Shown: positions 1 to 9,667 of the stretch, piece after piece
Layout: each line of letters starts with the position of its first letter
Position numbering within the stretch: position 1 is the first letter of the stretch
Assembly: GCA_043427975.1 (NCBI GenBank)
Contig: JBHWTK010000033.1
Span: 77,502 to 141,501, forward strand
Origin: Chloroflexia bacterium
GTDB lineage: Bacteria; Chloroflexota; Chloroflexia; Thermomicrobiales; UBA6265
DNA length: 64,000 bases
Direction: 5' to 3'
Notes under the pieces: model-generated
Databases searched by the model: none
What the model was told of the DNA's origin: nothing
Seen by the model: the letters and a program-made list of their open reading frames with translations, nothing else
Translations under genes and position numbers: made by a program

Positions 1-3
1 TCG

Positions 4-990
4 TTGCGTATCGTACCCGTCAACAAGCCTCATATTCTTCTCGCCTGCAGCGGCGGCAGGGATTCCGTTGCCCTGGCCTGGGTGTTGGGAGAGTTGCTTC
101 GCCTTGATCTGATCGGGCTGTCAATCGCCCATGTCCACCACGGGCAGCACAACCTTGCCGATGCTGCAGCGGACGCAGTCCGGCAGATAGGCGCGACCCT
201 TGATGTGCCTGTGGATGTGCGGCATTTGAGTCGCCAGCAAATCGCCTCCCACAGGGGTGTCGGCCTCGAAGAAGCACTGCGGCGAGAGCGGTACGTTGAG
301 CTCGCACGTGTTGCCCGGGAACGGAGTACTGATGCATTGGCGCTTGCTCACCACCAGTCGGATCAGGCAGAGACGTTGCTGCTCCACCTGATCCGCGGCA
401 GCGGCCTGAGTGGCCTTGCAGGCATGCGCGAGTGGGAAACGCGGCGAATCCCCTGGTGGACCACCAGTGAATCGGTGGGGGAAATGGGCCTCTGGAGGCC
501 GTTTATCCAGGAACCTGCCGACGAAGTCACTGCGGTAGCCGCGGCATCTGGCCTTCCCGTTGTGGAAGACCCCACGAACAGAGATACGGCGTTTCGGCGC
601 AATGCCATTCGTCACCAGCTCTTACCTGTCATCGAGGCCATTGCGCCTGGTTCCACCGCTTCCGTCGCCCGTACCGCCCACCTGGTCGCCCCGGATGCCG
701 ACCTCCTGGACGAACTGACCTCCCGCCACCTCGGCGCCTGCCGTGAAGGAAACCGCCTGGTTCGTCACGACGTTGTGGCGTTGCCGCTGTCGCTCCAGCG
801 CCGGGTGGTTCGGGCCTGGCTGGAATCGCTGGTGCCTGAAGGGGAGTTCACAATCAACCGCATCTCGGCTGTGCTGGATATCGCGCATCGCAACCGGGGT
901 GGAGCATCTGTCGAGGTGGGTGCCGGGAGCATAGTGGTGCTACGTGACGGTTATCTTGTGCTGCTTCCGTGGCAGAATAGGAATCGATAA
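4..990 (+). CDS. tilS: tRNA(Ile)-lysidine synthase
   Basis: 328-aa ORF with PP-loop motif SGGRDS near the N-terminus (LLACSGGRDSVALAW); directly followed by hpt, the common tilS-hpt pairing. Confidence 0.85.
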   Translation: MRIVPVNKPHILLACSGGRDSVALAWVLGELLRLDLIGLSIAHVHHGQHNLADAAADAVRQIGATLDVPVDVRHLSRQQIASHRGVGLEEALRRERYVELARVARERSTDALALAHHQSDQAETLLLHLIRGSGLSGLAGMREWETRRIPWWTTSESVGEMGLWRPFIQEPADEVTAVAAASGLPVVEDPTNRDTAFRRNAIRHQLLPVIEAIAPGSTASVARTAHLVAPDADLLDELTSRHLGACREGNRLVRHDVVALPLSLQRRVVRAWLESLVPEGEFTINRISAVLDIAHRNRGGASVEVGAGSIVVLRDGYLVLLPWQNRNR

Positions 991-993
991 CAT

Positions 994-1608
994 TTGTGCT
1001 CATCAGCGAGGCCTGCCGTGCAAATTCCCGGGAACGACAAGTCGAAAGGCATCAGCCGAATCCTTATTACCGAAGAGCAGATCGTGGCGGAAACCGCGAA
1101 GATCGCGGCCGAATTGGACGACGAATACCGTAACGATGTGCCGCTGGTGATTTGCGTCCTTCGGGGTGCTGTTGCCTTCATGAGCGATCTCACCAAGCAG
1201 ATGAGCATCCCACTGGAGATGGATTTCATGGCCATCTCCAGTTACGGGTCGTCAACGAAGAGCTCTGGCGTTGTTCGCATCCTCAAGGATCTCGACGAGG
1301 AGGTGGCGGGTCGCCGCCTGATTGTTGTTGAGGACATCGTCGATAGCGGCCTGACCCTTCAGTACCTGCTGGATCACCTGTCCCGCCGGAATCCGAAGGA
1401 CATCCGCGTGGTCAGCCTGGTGAAGAAAGACAAGCCCGGTGAGATTGATGTGCAGGTGGATCGAATCGGCTTCCATGTTCCGGATGAGTTCGTGGTGGGG
1501 TATGGGCTGGATTACGCCGGTCAATACCGCAACCTGCCCTACATCGGTATCCTCGATCCTTCGGTGTATGCGGGCGTCGATGATCCGATCAGCGAAACAG
1601 AGTATTGA
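994..1608 (+). CDS. hpt: hypoxanthine phosphoribosyltransferase
   Basis: PRPP-binding motif LIVVEDIVDSGLTL and typical Hpt N-terminal block (LVICVLRGAVAFMSDL); exact start uncertain. Confidence 0.9.
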   Translation: MCSSARPAVQIPGNDKSKGISRILITEEQIVAETAKIAAELDDEYRNDVPLVICVLRGAVAFMSDLTKQMSIPLEMDFMAISSYGSSTKSSGVVRILKDLDEEVAGRRLIVVEDIVDSGLTLQYLLDHLSRRNPKDIRVVSLVKKDKPGEIDVQVDRIGFHVPDEFVVGYGLDYAGQYRNLPYIGILDPSVYAGVDDPISETEY

Positions 1609-1680
1609 CGAGCCCATGCCCTGTTCTCTGATGCAGTTGACCAGGTGGGGGGGGTAGGGGTTACGGCGAGCGACCGCGGG

Positions 1681-2595
1681 CTACCTGGTTTCCCTGGTGA
1701 ACCACGTCGTGGAATGGGTCGTGGTGAAGCCAATGCCCTCATAAAGGGCCCGCGCCTTTCTGTTCTCGTAGGACACCTTCACGCGCATGGCGCCGCGTTC
1801 TACCAGCCGCCGGACGCCTTCTGTAACCATTGCCTTGGCCAGACCTTGCCTTTGGAAGTCATCCTCAACCCGGACCGGTTCAACCAGGCCGACCTTCGTG
1901 ACCGGATCGAACCAATAGAGCGAGTAGCCCGCAACTTCGCCGTTTTCTGTCTCGACGGCCAGGTCGAGTGCCGGGTCGTACAGCGAACACATTGCCAGGC
2001 GCCGGGCAACCTGCTGGCCGTTTCGGCCAACCATGGGGTGGGGAGTGTGCGAGCGCATTGCGCGGTCGACAAGCACGAACCCTTCCGGCAGCGGAGTGGG
2101 GGTCGGCACATCTGCGGCATCCATCCACGCCGTGGAATCGCCATCTCCGGCGGCAAAACCCAAGTCCCTGGCCAGCGCCCGCAACGTCTGGTCATCGTCA
2201 CGGACAGGAAGCGTGATAGTGGTGGGTGCGTGCATCAGAAGCAGGTGTAGGCTCACGTTGAGGATGTGGTTAAGCGATGGGGCGTTAGTGCCCATCACAA
2301 CGATGGGATCCAGCTGCCACGTATCGTCGTCCCAGGCGGAAAGTCGGGTGCCAGCCACTGGTCCAGTTTCATCCAGCCAAAACACCTGATCAGCATCATC
2401 TGATTTTTGTGGCTTGCGCCACCACCATTGGAAATCGGCTGCTTCCCACGTACCTGAATCCGGATCAGCAAGGCGGGCCCGTTGACAGAGGGTTGTCATG
2501 AGATTGAGCGCCTCCACGCCGCTGGCGCGATATTGACGAATCCTCACCGGCCACTCCCTTGATAGCACGCTGGTCCGGTTGCCCGGGGTAAGCAA
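1681..2595 (-). CDS. GNAT family N-acetyltransferase
   Basis: C-terminal acetyl-CoA binding block QRQGLAKAMVTEGVRRLVERG ... ARALYEGIGF; start codon uncertain (TTG at 2595 or downstream). Confidence 0.7.
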   Translation of the reverse strand: MLTPGNRTSVLSREWPVRIRQYRASGVEALNLMTTLCQRARLADPDSGTWEAADFQWWWRKPQKSDDADQVFWLDETGPVAGTRLSAWDDDTWQLDPIVVMGTNAPSLNHILNVSLHLLLMHAPTTITLPVRDDDQTLRALARDLGFAAGDGDSTAWMDAADVPTPTPLPEGFVLVDRAMRSHTPHPMVGRNGQQVARRLAMCSLYDPALDLAVETENGEVAGYSLYWFDPVTKVGLVEPVRVEDDFQRQGLAKAMVTEGVRRLVERGAMRVKVSYENRKARALYEGIGFTTTHSTTWFTRETR

Positions 2596-2633
2596 AACGC
2601 CCGATCCTGGTGGACCGGGCGTTCACTGCCTGT

Positions 2634-2709
<76 letters not shown>

Positions 2710-2805
2710 GCGAGGCAAGGTTGAGTATAGGGGAACGCGGTTCCTGACGTCAATTTTCCACGTCGATTCGGCCCCTATCGTTCGCGGATCCGGGCATTCG
2801 AGGGG

Positions 2806-3708
2806 CTAGACGTATTCTTTTCGGATTTTGGCGACCATGGAGTAATAGGTATCCACCATATTGCCGACATAACAGTCGCCAATTTGCGTGAGCGCCTGGT
2901 ATGCCTCCCATTTATCCCAGCCCATCTCGACCATCCAGTACACCAGTTCCGTGTATGCGATTCTGGCCGCATCCTCCATTGGCCGCGCGCTGCCAACCAC
3001 CATGTATTCTTCCGGGCTCTCGATACGCGGCCACCGCACCTTGTGACCCTTGATGAGCTCTACGGAGAGCGTTGTCCAGGCCGCTACCTCAAGGGCAACG
3101 CCACACAGTTCTCCCTGACCCTGGCCTGCATGGCAATCCCCGGCGAAGAGGAGTGCGCGTTCCACATTGACAGGCAGGTAGATACTATTGCCAGGTTTCA
3201 CATCCGGTACATCCATGTTTCCACCATGGTCGAACGGTGTAAGGGCGGAGAGTGCCTCCAGGAACGGCGCCGTGGCTATGGTGCCGAGGAACGGTCGCCA
3301 GGGGAAGCGCAACTTCTCGTTGTGCGTTACCCAGCCGTCCTCAATCCGGTAGAGAAAGACACGTTCTGGGAGAGGCTCCTGCAGCGTGCGGGTAGCGTTG
3401 GTGGATGTAAGCCCGCCGAAGTAGGGAACAAAGAGGTTGATCGCCCAGTCGCGAGTGGGCTGGATATCGAGAATATTCACCTTCACCGTGTCGCCAGCCT
3501 CGGCACCCTCGATATACACCGGACCCGTTTGCAGGTTCAGGTAATCACCCAGGACTTCCGACGGTTTGAGCTCGAGGTTCGTCATCTTGTCTTCGAAGGC
3601 ATCTTTCGTATAGACGACGAACTCTTCGCCCGGGCGGACCGTGGCTATCGGCTCGAGGTACGGGCTGAAAACGTAGGAGTACGGGCCGGGTTGATGGATT
3701 TCCTTCAT
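2806..3708 (-). CDS. acetamidase/formamidase family protein
   Basis: Sequence resembles FmdA/AmdA family (MKEIHQPGPYSYVFSPYLEPIATVRPGEEF...); start moved to ATG at 3708, which has a GGAGG RBS, instead of the ORF-track start at 3819. Confidence 0.75.
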   Translation of the reverse strand: MKEIHQPGPYSYVFSPYLEPIATVRPGEEFVVYTKDAFEDKMTNLELKPSEVLGDYLNLQTGPVYIEGAEAGDTVKVNILDIQPTRDWAINLFVPYFGGLTSTNATRTLQEPLPERVFLYRIEDGWVTHNEKLRFPWRPFLGTIATAPFLEALSALTPFDHGGNMDVPDVKPGNSIYLPVNVERALLFAGDCHAGQGQGELCGVALEVAAWTTLSVELIKGHKVRWPRIESPEEYMVVGSARPMEDAARIAYTELVYWMVEMGWDKWEAYQALTQIGDCYVGNMVDTYYSMVAKIRKEYV

Positions 3709-3875
3709 GGCGACCTCCGTTGGCTTGGGAGCCACGACATGGCGGGTGCCGGGTAGTAATCTCATCCTATCATCGGCATGACGCCACGATACCCGAATAC
3801 CTGGGTTGGTCGACTTCACTCGATTCGTGCTGACGCTTGTTCGAAAACGCTGCTATACTGCGTGCTGTGCGACGC

Positions 3876-3951
3876 GCCCGCGTAGCTCAACGGATAGAGC
3901 GTCTGTCTTCGGAACAGAAGGTTGTGGGTTCGATTCCTGCCGCGGGTACCA
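3876..3951 (+). tRNA. tRNA-Arg (anticodon TCG)
   Basis: Cloverleaf GCCCGCG/CGCGGGT, anticodon loop CUUCGGA, TTCGATT T-loop, encoded CCA. Confidence 0.9.
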
Positions 3952-3974
3952 GGATGTGAAGAAAAATGAGGTGA

Positions 3975-4000
3975 ACGGGAGGCCTTGGCCTCCCGTTTCT
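3975..4000 (+). terminator. rho-independent terminator after tRNA-Arg
   Basis: Hairpin acgggaggcc-tt-ggcctcccgt followed by ttct. Confidence 0.6.
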
Positions 4001-4143
4001 GCGTTCATCTGCCCGTGTTTCGGCTCCTTTGCAGGACAACGCCCTGCGGTACAATCGGCTGGATGTACCCGGCAAGACATCACTGCACCGCTCCCTGTTC
4101 CGGCCTGTTGACCTCGGCATCCTACCATTACAGGAGAACCTGA

Positions 4144-5322
4144 ATGCGCGCTTGCATTCTTTCCATCGGCTCGGAGCTCATGCTCGGCCAGATCACGGAC
4201 ACCAACGCCTCGTGGCTCGCTCGCGACCTCGCTGAGTCAGGGATTGAGCTGGTGCAGGTCACCCAGGTAGGTGACGACCGGACGCTGTTGCTTCGTGCAA
4301 TGAAAAACTCCCTCGAGATCGGCGATGTGGTGATCTGCACGGGAGGAATCGGCCCAACCGACGATGACCTCACCCGGGAGACGATTGCTGACCTCGTCGG
4401 CGAAACACCCGAGGTTGATGCCCATCTCCTGGCAGAGCTCGAAAAGTACTTCACTGATATGGGCCGTGTTATGCCGCCCCGAAACGCGAAGCAGGCCTGG
4501 GTTATACCCAGCGCAGAGAGCATCCCCAACCCGATCGGAACCGCTCCGGGCTGGTTTGTCACCGTTCCCGGCGAGTCTGGTAAGTACATTCTCACGATGC
4601 CGGGCGTGCCCCGGGAGATGTTCCGCATGTGGGAAGAGCAAATGAAGCCGCGCGTGCTCGGCAAATCCGAGGCGCAAATCATCGACACCTTGCAGATCAA
4701 GACGATCGGTATTGGTGAATCGGATGTCGAGGAGCGGATTCACGACCTTGTGCTCGCAGCGGACCCGCAGGTAGCTACATATGCCAAGGACGACGGGGTG
4801 CATATTCGCATCACGGCTCTGGGCACCGATCCGGGCGAGGTCCGGTCACGTCGCGACGCCGCACGCGATGAGGTGTACCGCCGGTTGGGGACGTTTATCT
4901 GGGGTTCTGATTCCGACACCCTGGCCGGTGTGATCGCGCAAGCCCTTTCGGCGCGGGGCCTGATGTTGAGCCTGCATGAGATCGGGACAGGCGGCGCGCT
5001 CGCGTCGTTACTGTCCGCCGATCCGGTAGCTGCTCGCAGTTACGTGCGCGATATCGTGGAGCCGAACGGGGAGCAAATTCGCGTGGACCACGATTGGCAT
5101 GCGGAACCTGGAAGCGTGAAGGTGACCATCAGGTTCGATGGGGAGATCGACGAGGCTGCAGTGTCTCGCGGCATGATGTTCCTGAGGGTGGACCACGAGA
5201 CACTGACAGAGCCGCTGGAGAAATCTTGGCAGGTCCGTGGAAGCCTCGCAGATATCCAGCGGAGGGTAGGGCTTAATGCCGTCCATGCTTTGCATGGTTG
5301 GCTGAACCAGCTGGAAGGCTAG
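4144..5322 (+). CDS. cinA: CinA family competence/damage-inducible protein (MoCF-binding domain plus PncC-like domain)
   Basis: N-terminus MRACILSIGSELMLGQITDTNASWLARDL is typical of the CinA molybdopterin-binding domain; 392 aa. Confidence 0.8.
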   Translation: MRACILSIGSELMLGQITDTNASWLARDLAESGIELVQVTQVGDDRTLLLRAMKNSLEIGDVVICTGGIGPTDDDLTRETIADLVGETPEVDAHLLAELEKYFTDMGRVMPPRNAKQAWVIPSAESIPNPIGTAPGWFVTVPGESGKYILTMPGVPREMFRMWEEQMKPRVLGKSEAQIIDTLQIKTIGIGESDVEERIHDLVLAADPQVATYAKDDGVHIRITALGTDPGEVRSRRDAARDEVYRRLGTFIWGSDSDTLAGVIAQALSARGLMLSLHEIGTGGALASLLSADPVAARSYVRDIVEPNGEQIRVDHDWHAEPGSVKVTIRFDGEIDEAAVSRGMMFLRVDHETLTEPLEKSWQVRGSLADIQRRVGLNAVHALHGWLNQLEG

Positions 5323-5771
5323 GGACGTTCCGGCCAGCTTGCCAGAAGCTCTATTTGCCGGTTTAGCATGGAGACACGGTCAGCGTGGCTTTGGTCGTCC
5401 CATCCGACAAGGTGCAGCACCCCGTGCGCAACCAGAAAGAAGAGTTCGTCCACCAGTGTCCATGAGGCGACCGATGCGTTCTCCTGCGCGGTATCGACGG
5501 ATATCATCAGGTCGCCTCCCGGCTCGCCCTCTGTCCAGATATCGTCAGCATCCGCATACGGGAAGGTCATGATATCGGTTGGTTCATTGATACCCATGAA
5601 CTCCGCGTGCGCTTCCTGCATGGTCGCATCATCGACGAACCGGATTCCCAGGTGCCACGTTTCGTCAATTCCTTCCTCGGACAGGATGTGCGTCAGGAGC
5701 GATGTAACGGCAGCGGTATCGATTGCCTCGGGAAGCGCTACATCGCTCTCAATCGTCACCATGTTGTGCAT
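5319..5771 (-). CDS. ybeY: rRNA maturation endoribonuclease YbeY
   Basis: Zinc motif HGVLHLVGWDD and TDIMTF block; 150 aa. Confidence 0.9.
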   Translation of the reverse strand: MHNMVTIESDVALPEAIDTAAVTSLLTHILSEEGIDETWHLGIRFVDDATMQEAHAEFMGINEPTDIMTFPYADADDIWTEGEPGGDLMISVDTAQENASVASWTLVDELFFLVAHGVLHLVGWDDQSHADRVSMLNRQIELLASWPERP

Positions 5772-6220
5772 CAGGCTTTGGCCAATGCGTTTTTGACGGC
5801 GGCCGACAGGCGTCGACCATCTACCCGTCCGTCGGCCAGCTTGTTGAGGTGACCCATGACTTTGCCCATATCCTTTGGCCCCGCGGCCCCGGTATCCGCA
5901 ATGCCGGCGGACACAAATGTTGCCAGTTCATCGTCGCTCATTTGCTGGGGCAGGTAGCGCTCCAGCACGCGCAACTGCGCCTCTTCCTTGTCTACCAGGT
6001 CCTGACGTCCCCCGGCGCGGAACTGCTCGATGGAGTCCTGGCGTTGCTTAACCTGCTGTCGCAGCACCTTGAGTTGTTCTTCTTCACTCAACTCCGCGCG
6101 AGCTTCGATCTCGGCGTACTTGAAGGCGGAAATTACGAAGCGCAGGGCGTCGCGGGTCTCGGTATCGCGCTCCTTCATCGCTGTCTTGAGGTCGGCTTCC
6201 ATTTGCTGTCGAATGCCCAT
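5771..6220 (-). CDS. GatB/YqeY domain-containing protein
   Basis: 149 aa, YqeY-like sequence (DLKTAMKERD...LRFVISAFKYAEIE...VLERYLP); start overlaps ybeY start region. Confidence 0.8.
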   Translation of the reverse strand: MGIRQQMEADLKTAMKERDTETRDALRFVISAFKYAEIEARAELSEEEQLKVLRQQVKQRQDSIEQFRAGGRQDLVDKEEAQLRVLERYLPQQMSDDELATFVSAGIADTGAAGPKDMGKVMGHLNKLADGRVDGRRLSAAVKNALAKA

Positions 6221-6245
6221 TGTTCACTCCTTGTATCAGGCCGAA

Positions 6246-6599
6246 TTAACCCAGGCGGCCCTGTTTCTTGCCACCGAGAACGTGCATATGCAGGTGCATT
6301 ACTTCCTGTCCGCCGTCGGGTCCAATATTGGTGACGAGCCGATATCCCGATTCCGCCACGCCGGTGGTTGAGGCCACGGACTGGGCGGTATCCAGCATTT
6401 CCTGCCACAATCCCGTGTGTTCAGGGCCCACGTGGTGAGCACTTTGGACATGTGCCCTGGGCACTATCAGCACATGCACGGGCGACACCGGCGCAATATC
6501 GTTGAACGCAACAACGTTGTCGCTCTCGGCGACGAACTCCGTTTTCATCTCGCCGCTGGCAATCTTGCAGAAGATACAGCTCGCACTATCGCCGGTCAT
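6246..6599 (-). CDS. HIT (histidine triad) family protein
   Basis: Histidine triad HLHMHVLGG near C-terminus, N-terminal CIFCKI. Confidence 0.9.
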   Translation of the reverse strand: MTGDSASCIFCKIASGEMKTEFVAESDNVVAFNDIAPVSPVHVLIVPRAHVQSAHHVGPEHTGLWQEMLDTAQSVASTTGVAESGYRLVTNIGPDGGQEVMHLHMHVLGGKKQGRLG

Positions 6600-6643
6600 G
6601 TGTATGCTCCTTCCATTGGAACTCGCGTTTTACGGGACAAATT

Positions 6644-7477
6644 ATGCCAGAGTTACCTGAAGTAGAAACAGTCAAACGTATAGCTGAGCCGTTGATCGTC
6701 GGGCGGACCATCACGAAGGTTCATCTGAACCCGCTTTTCCCGGGTGTTCTTGTCGGGCCAGAGGGGGTAAACGCCGCCGGCACATTGCCAGGAATGCAGA
6801 TCACAGCCCTGGGGCGACGTGGTAAATACCTGATCGCGAATCTGGATCCCGGGTGGCACCTGATTATCCACCTGCGTATGACCGGCAGGCTGCTGGTGAT
6901 GGACTCCGCTGCAGAACCCGTCAGGTTCCAGCACCTTGCGCTGAGCCTCGATAATGGCACCGATCTGCGCTTTGCCGACCAGCGCAAATTTGGCCGGGTT
7001 CAACTGGCGGTCACTGATGAGGTGAAAGCGCTTCATAACCGGCTGGGCATAGAGCCACTCACTTTGGGGTTCACGCCGTACCGATTGGCTGAGTTGTTTG
7101 CCGACCGCCGTGCCCCGGTCAAGTCGTTGCTCCTCAATCAGCACATCATTGCGGGCCTGGGCAACATCTATGTCGATGAGGCATTGTTCCGGGCGGGAAT
7201 CCACCCGTTGATACCGGCGGGAGAGCTAAACCCAATTCTGTTGCGGGCCCTGTCGGAGGCGATCCAGTATGTGCTGAAGGTCGGTATCCGGAACCAGGGA
7301 ACCACATTTTCTTCCTTCGAGAATCCATACGGGGAAGCGGGCGGCAACGCTGGGTACCTGCGGGTCTACGGCAAGCGCGGTGAGCCGTGCCCGCGGTGCG
7401 GCCATGAGCTGGAGCGGATCGTTGTTGGTGGCAGGGGCACAACACTCTGTGCGCTATGTCAGCCCCGATCATACTGA
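6644..7477 (+). CDS. mutM: formamidopyrimidine-DNA glycosylase
   Basis: N-terminus MPELPEVETV, C-terminal zinc finger CPRCG...CALCQ. Confidence 0.9.
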   Translation: MPELPEVETVKRIAEPLIVGRTITKVHLNPLFPGVLVGPEGVNAAGTLPGMQITALGRRGKYLIANLDPGWHLIIHLRMTGRLLVMDSAAEPVRFQHLALSLDNGTDLRFADQRKFGRVQLAVTDEVKALHNRLGIEPLTLGFTPYRLAELFADRRAPVKSLLLNQHIIAGLGNIYVDEALFRAGIHPLIPAGELNPILLRALSEAIQYVLKVGIRNQGTTFSSFENPYGEAGGNAGYLRVYGKRGEPCPRCGHELERIVVGGRGTTLCALCQPRSY

Positions 7478-7524
7478 TCTGCACCATGGCGGTTTGGTAT
7501 AATCGATGCAGGCGAAAGCCAGTT

Positions 7525-7597
7525 GCGGGAGTAACTCAGTTGGTAGAGTGTCTGCTTCCCAAGCAGAATGTCGCGGGTTCGAGTCCCGTCTTCCGCT
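7525..7597 (+). tRNA. tRNA-Gly (anticodon CCC)
   Basis: Cloverleaf GCGGGAG/CTTCCGC, anticodon loop UUCCCAA, TTCGAGT T-loop; CCA not encoded. Confidence 0.9.
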
Positions 7598-7644
7598 CCG
7601 ATCCACAACTTTTAAGCACCAGAACTCGGGATGTACCGTCGGGC

Positions 7645-9096
7645 CTATGCCCGTAGCGCCTTGATGGTTCGCTGCGCATGACGAATCCAGCGATCGCTTT
7701 CGTCGCTTGTGAGCCATATCCCCAGGGCTATTGGCAGCCACATGAGAATCATCATGCCTGGCGTAAGGGCGTCCACGCGTACTTGCGCTGCAAGCGGCGC
7801 GAGCCACTTTACAATCACCAGCACAGTATCGAGCAGGATCCCCGGTATCCAGGCCAGCAGGCCCGCGAGGGAGGGCGCCACGAGCGCCAGCATCGCGAAC
7901 GGGTAGGTCACCCAAAATGCAAGTGTGATGATTGGCGCGATCAGGATGTTGGCGAGGATGCTGACTGGCGACCACGTTCCGAACGTCGCAAGGATGATTG
8001 GCATGGTGGCCAGCGACGCGGCCACCGGCCCGAGTCCGATCTCCAGCAGGCGACGACGGAGATCGCCGTTCAGATCCGACGGCAGGGCAAGGCACAGGGC
8101 GGCGGAGGCTGTGGCCGAGAGCCAAAACCCAACTCCATGGACCATGAGAGGATTGAATAACGCCATCCCACCCAATGTGAGGAAGAGGCTTGTCAGCGGG
8201 TCGGGACGTCGATAGATTGCCTGGCCGACGATCGTAAAGGTCGCGACGATTGCTGCCCGGAATGCCGGAGCCTCCAGCCCAACGAACAGGGCGTAACTCC
8301 ACACCACCAGGATAAGTACAAGGAAGAAGATCCGCCGCTTCAGGATAGTGTTGGGGTGCCACCAGAGGGCAAGGAAGCCGAGTATGATCGTAACGTTCTG
8401 GCCACTCACAGCTGTGATATGAGACGTACCTGTCGCCTGGAAGTTATCCCGGGCATCGGCTGAGAGATCGGAATCGTCGCCCGTCACAATCCCGGTTGCC
8501 AATGCAGCTGTGTCGTCTGGGAGTATGCGTGAGAGGCGATCGGCAACACTCTGGTTGGCCGATGCCAACCATCTGGTCGCACGGGGCCCAGGGTCCAAGA
8601 CAGTAATCTCGTACGCGTTGGTCTTTGCCGTCGCGTCGTGAGATCGAATGAAGTTCCTATATCCTGGCGACAACGCGGTGAGGGGCTGCACACGCCATTG
8701 CACCTGAATAACCTGGCCCCGCGAGATGGGTGGATCTTGGCGTTCTGCGTAGAGAAGCACTGTTTCCTCGGCCGGCGTGCATTGCTGGCCAATGCAAAGT
8801 TCCGAGACCTCGAAGACGGCGCGGTGACCTTCTCCGGCAGGTCGTGGAATGGAGGCTATTCGCCCTACTGCACCAGTGGAGGAAGCAAGGATATCGCTGG
8901 TAGTGGTAGAACCGGGCGCTTCAGATCTCACTGCTCCAACAGTGGCGAAGAAGATCGCGGCGAGGATGATGGACAGTCGTCGTTCTCGTTCGACGAGCAG
9001 GAGCAGCGCGACAGTTGCGAAGCACAAGGGCAGCGCGTACCAGCCAAACCAGACGCCAGCGAGTGCGCTGAGCCCGACCACGATACCGTTAGTCAC
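7645..9096 (-). CDS. comEC: ComEC/Rec2 family competence channel protein (no C-terminal MBL domain)
   Basis: Polytopic membrane protein with the competence-domain block GTSHITAVSGQNVTIILGF; 483 aa; overlaps comEA stop. Confidence 0.8.
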   Translation of the reverse strand: MTNGIVVGLSALAGVWFGWYALPLCFATVALLLLVERERRLSIILAAIFFATVGAVRSEAPGSTTTSDILASSTGAVGRIASIPRPAGEGHRAVFEVSELCIGQQCTPAEETVLLYAERQDPPISRGQVIQVQWRVQPLTALSPGYRNFIRSHDATAKTNAYEITVLDPGPRATRWLASANQSVADRLSRILPDDTAALATGIVTGDDSDLSADARDNFQATGTSHITAVSGQNVTIILGFLALWWHPNTILKRRIFFLVLILVVWSYALFVGLEAPAFRAAIVATFTIVGQAIYRRPDPLTSLFLTLGGMALFNPLMVHGVGFWLSATASAALCLALPSDLNGDLRRRLLEIGLGPVAASLATMPIILATFGTWSPVSILANILIAPIITLAFWVTYPFAMLALVAPSLAGLLAWIPGILLDTVLVIVKWLAPLAAQVRVDALTPGMMILMWLPIALGIWLTSDESDRWIRHAQRTIKALRA

Positions 9097-9667
9097 CGTT
9101 CGTCACCCGAATGAACGGCCGGAGCTCCTCCAATTTGGTGTCCGAGATACCATCCACATTCACGAGTTCATCCACCGACTGGAACGGGCCATTCTCCTCC
9201 CGATAGGCAACGATCCGACCGGCAAGCACATCTCCGATTCCGGGTAATTGTGTGAGTTCCTGGACAGTGGCGGTGTTGATATTGACCTGACTGCTGGAGC
9301 TGTGGTCAGTGCCAGCAGGCGGAATCGTTGGAAGGACGATCATTTGCCCATCCCACACCCGTGAACTCAGGTTGATGAGAGCGAGGTCGGCATTGGGCGA
9401 CAGTCCACCTGCTTCATTGACGACATCAATCAGGCGATCTCCGGGGTCGACGAATACTACTCCCGGAGTGGAGACCGCGCCACGGATGTCCACTGCCACC
9501 TGAGTGCGTGGTGTGGCGGCGAAGGTAATTACAGGCACCTTCCGGGAATCTATCCAACTGAAAAGGGCAAGTCCCACGATAGCTGCCATAACCGCTACGC
9601 TCAGGAACCACCATAGCCAGGTCTTGACCGGGAAAGGATCCTCAGGCGCCGTGGGCGAAGTACTCAT
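9089..9667 (-). CDS. comEA: ComEA family DNA-binding protein
   Basis: N-terminal TM helix, C-terminal helix-hairpin-helix VNINTATVQELTQLPGIGDVLAGRIVAYREENGPF. Confidence 0.85.
   Translation of the reverse strand: MSTSPTAPEDPFPVKTWLWWFLSVAVMAAIVGLALFSWIDSRKVPVITFAATPRTQVAVDIRGAVSTPGVVFVDPGDRLIDVVNEAGGLSPNADLALINLSSRVWDGQMIVLPTIPPAGTDHSSSSQVNINTATVQELTQLPGIGDVLAGRIVAYREENGPFQSVDELVNVDGISDTKLEELRPFIRVTNGD

Noticed and set aside
7469-8362. 297-aa minus-strand ORF overlapping tRNA-Gly(CCC) and comEC in another frame
   Set aside because: It is Arg/Pro/Gly-rich and of low information, overlaps a well-supported membrane protein gene and a tRNA, and is a high-GC frame artefact.
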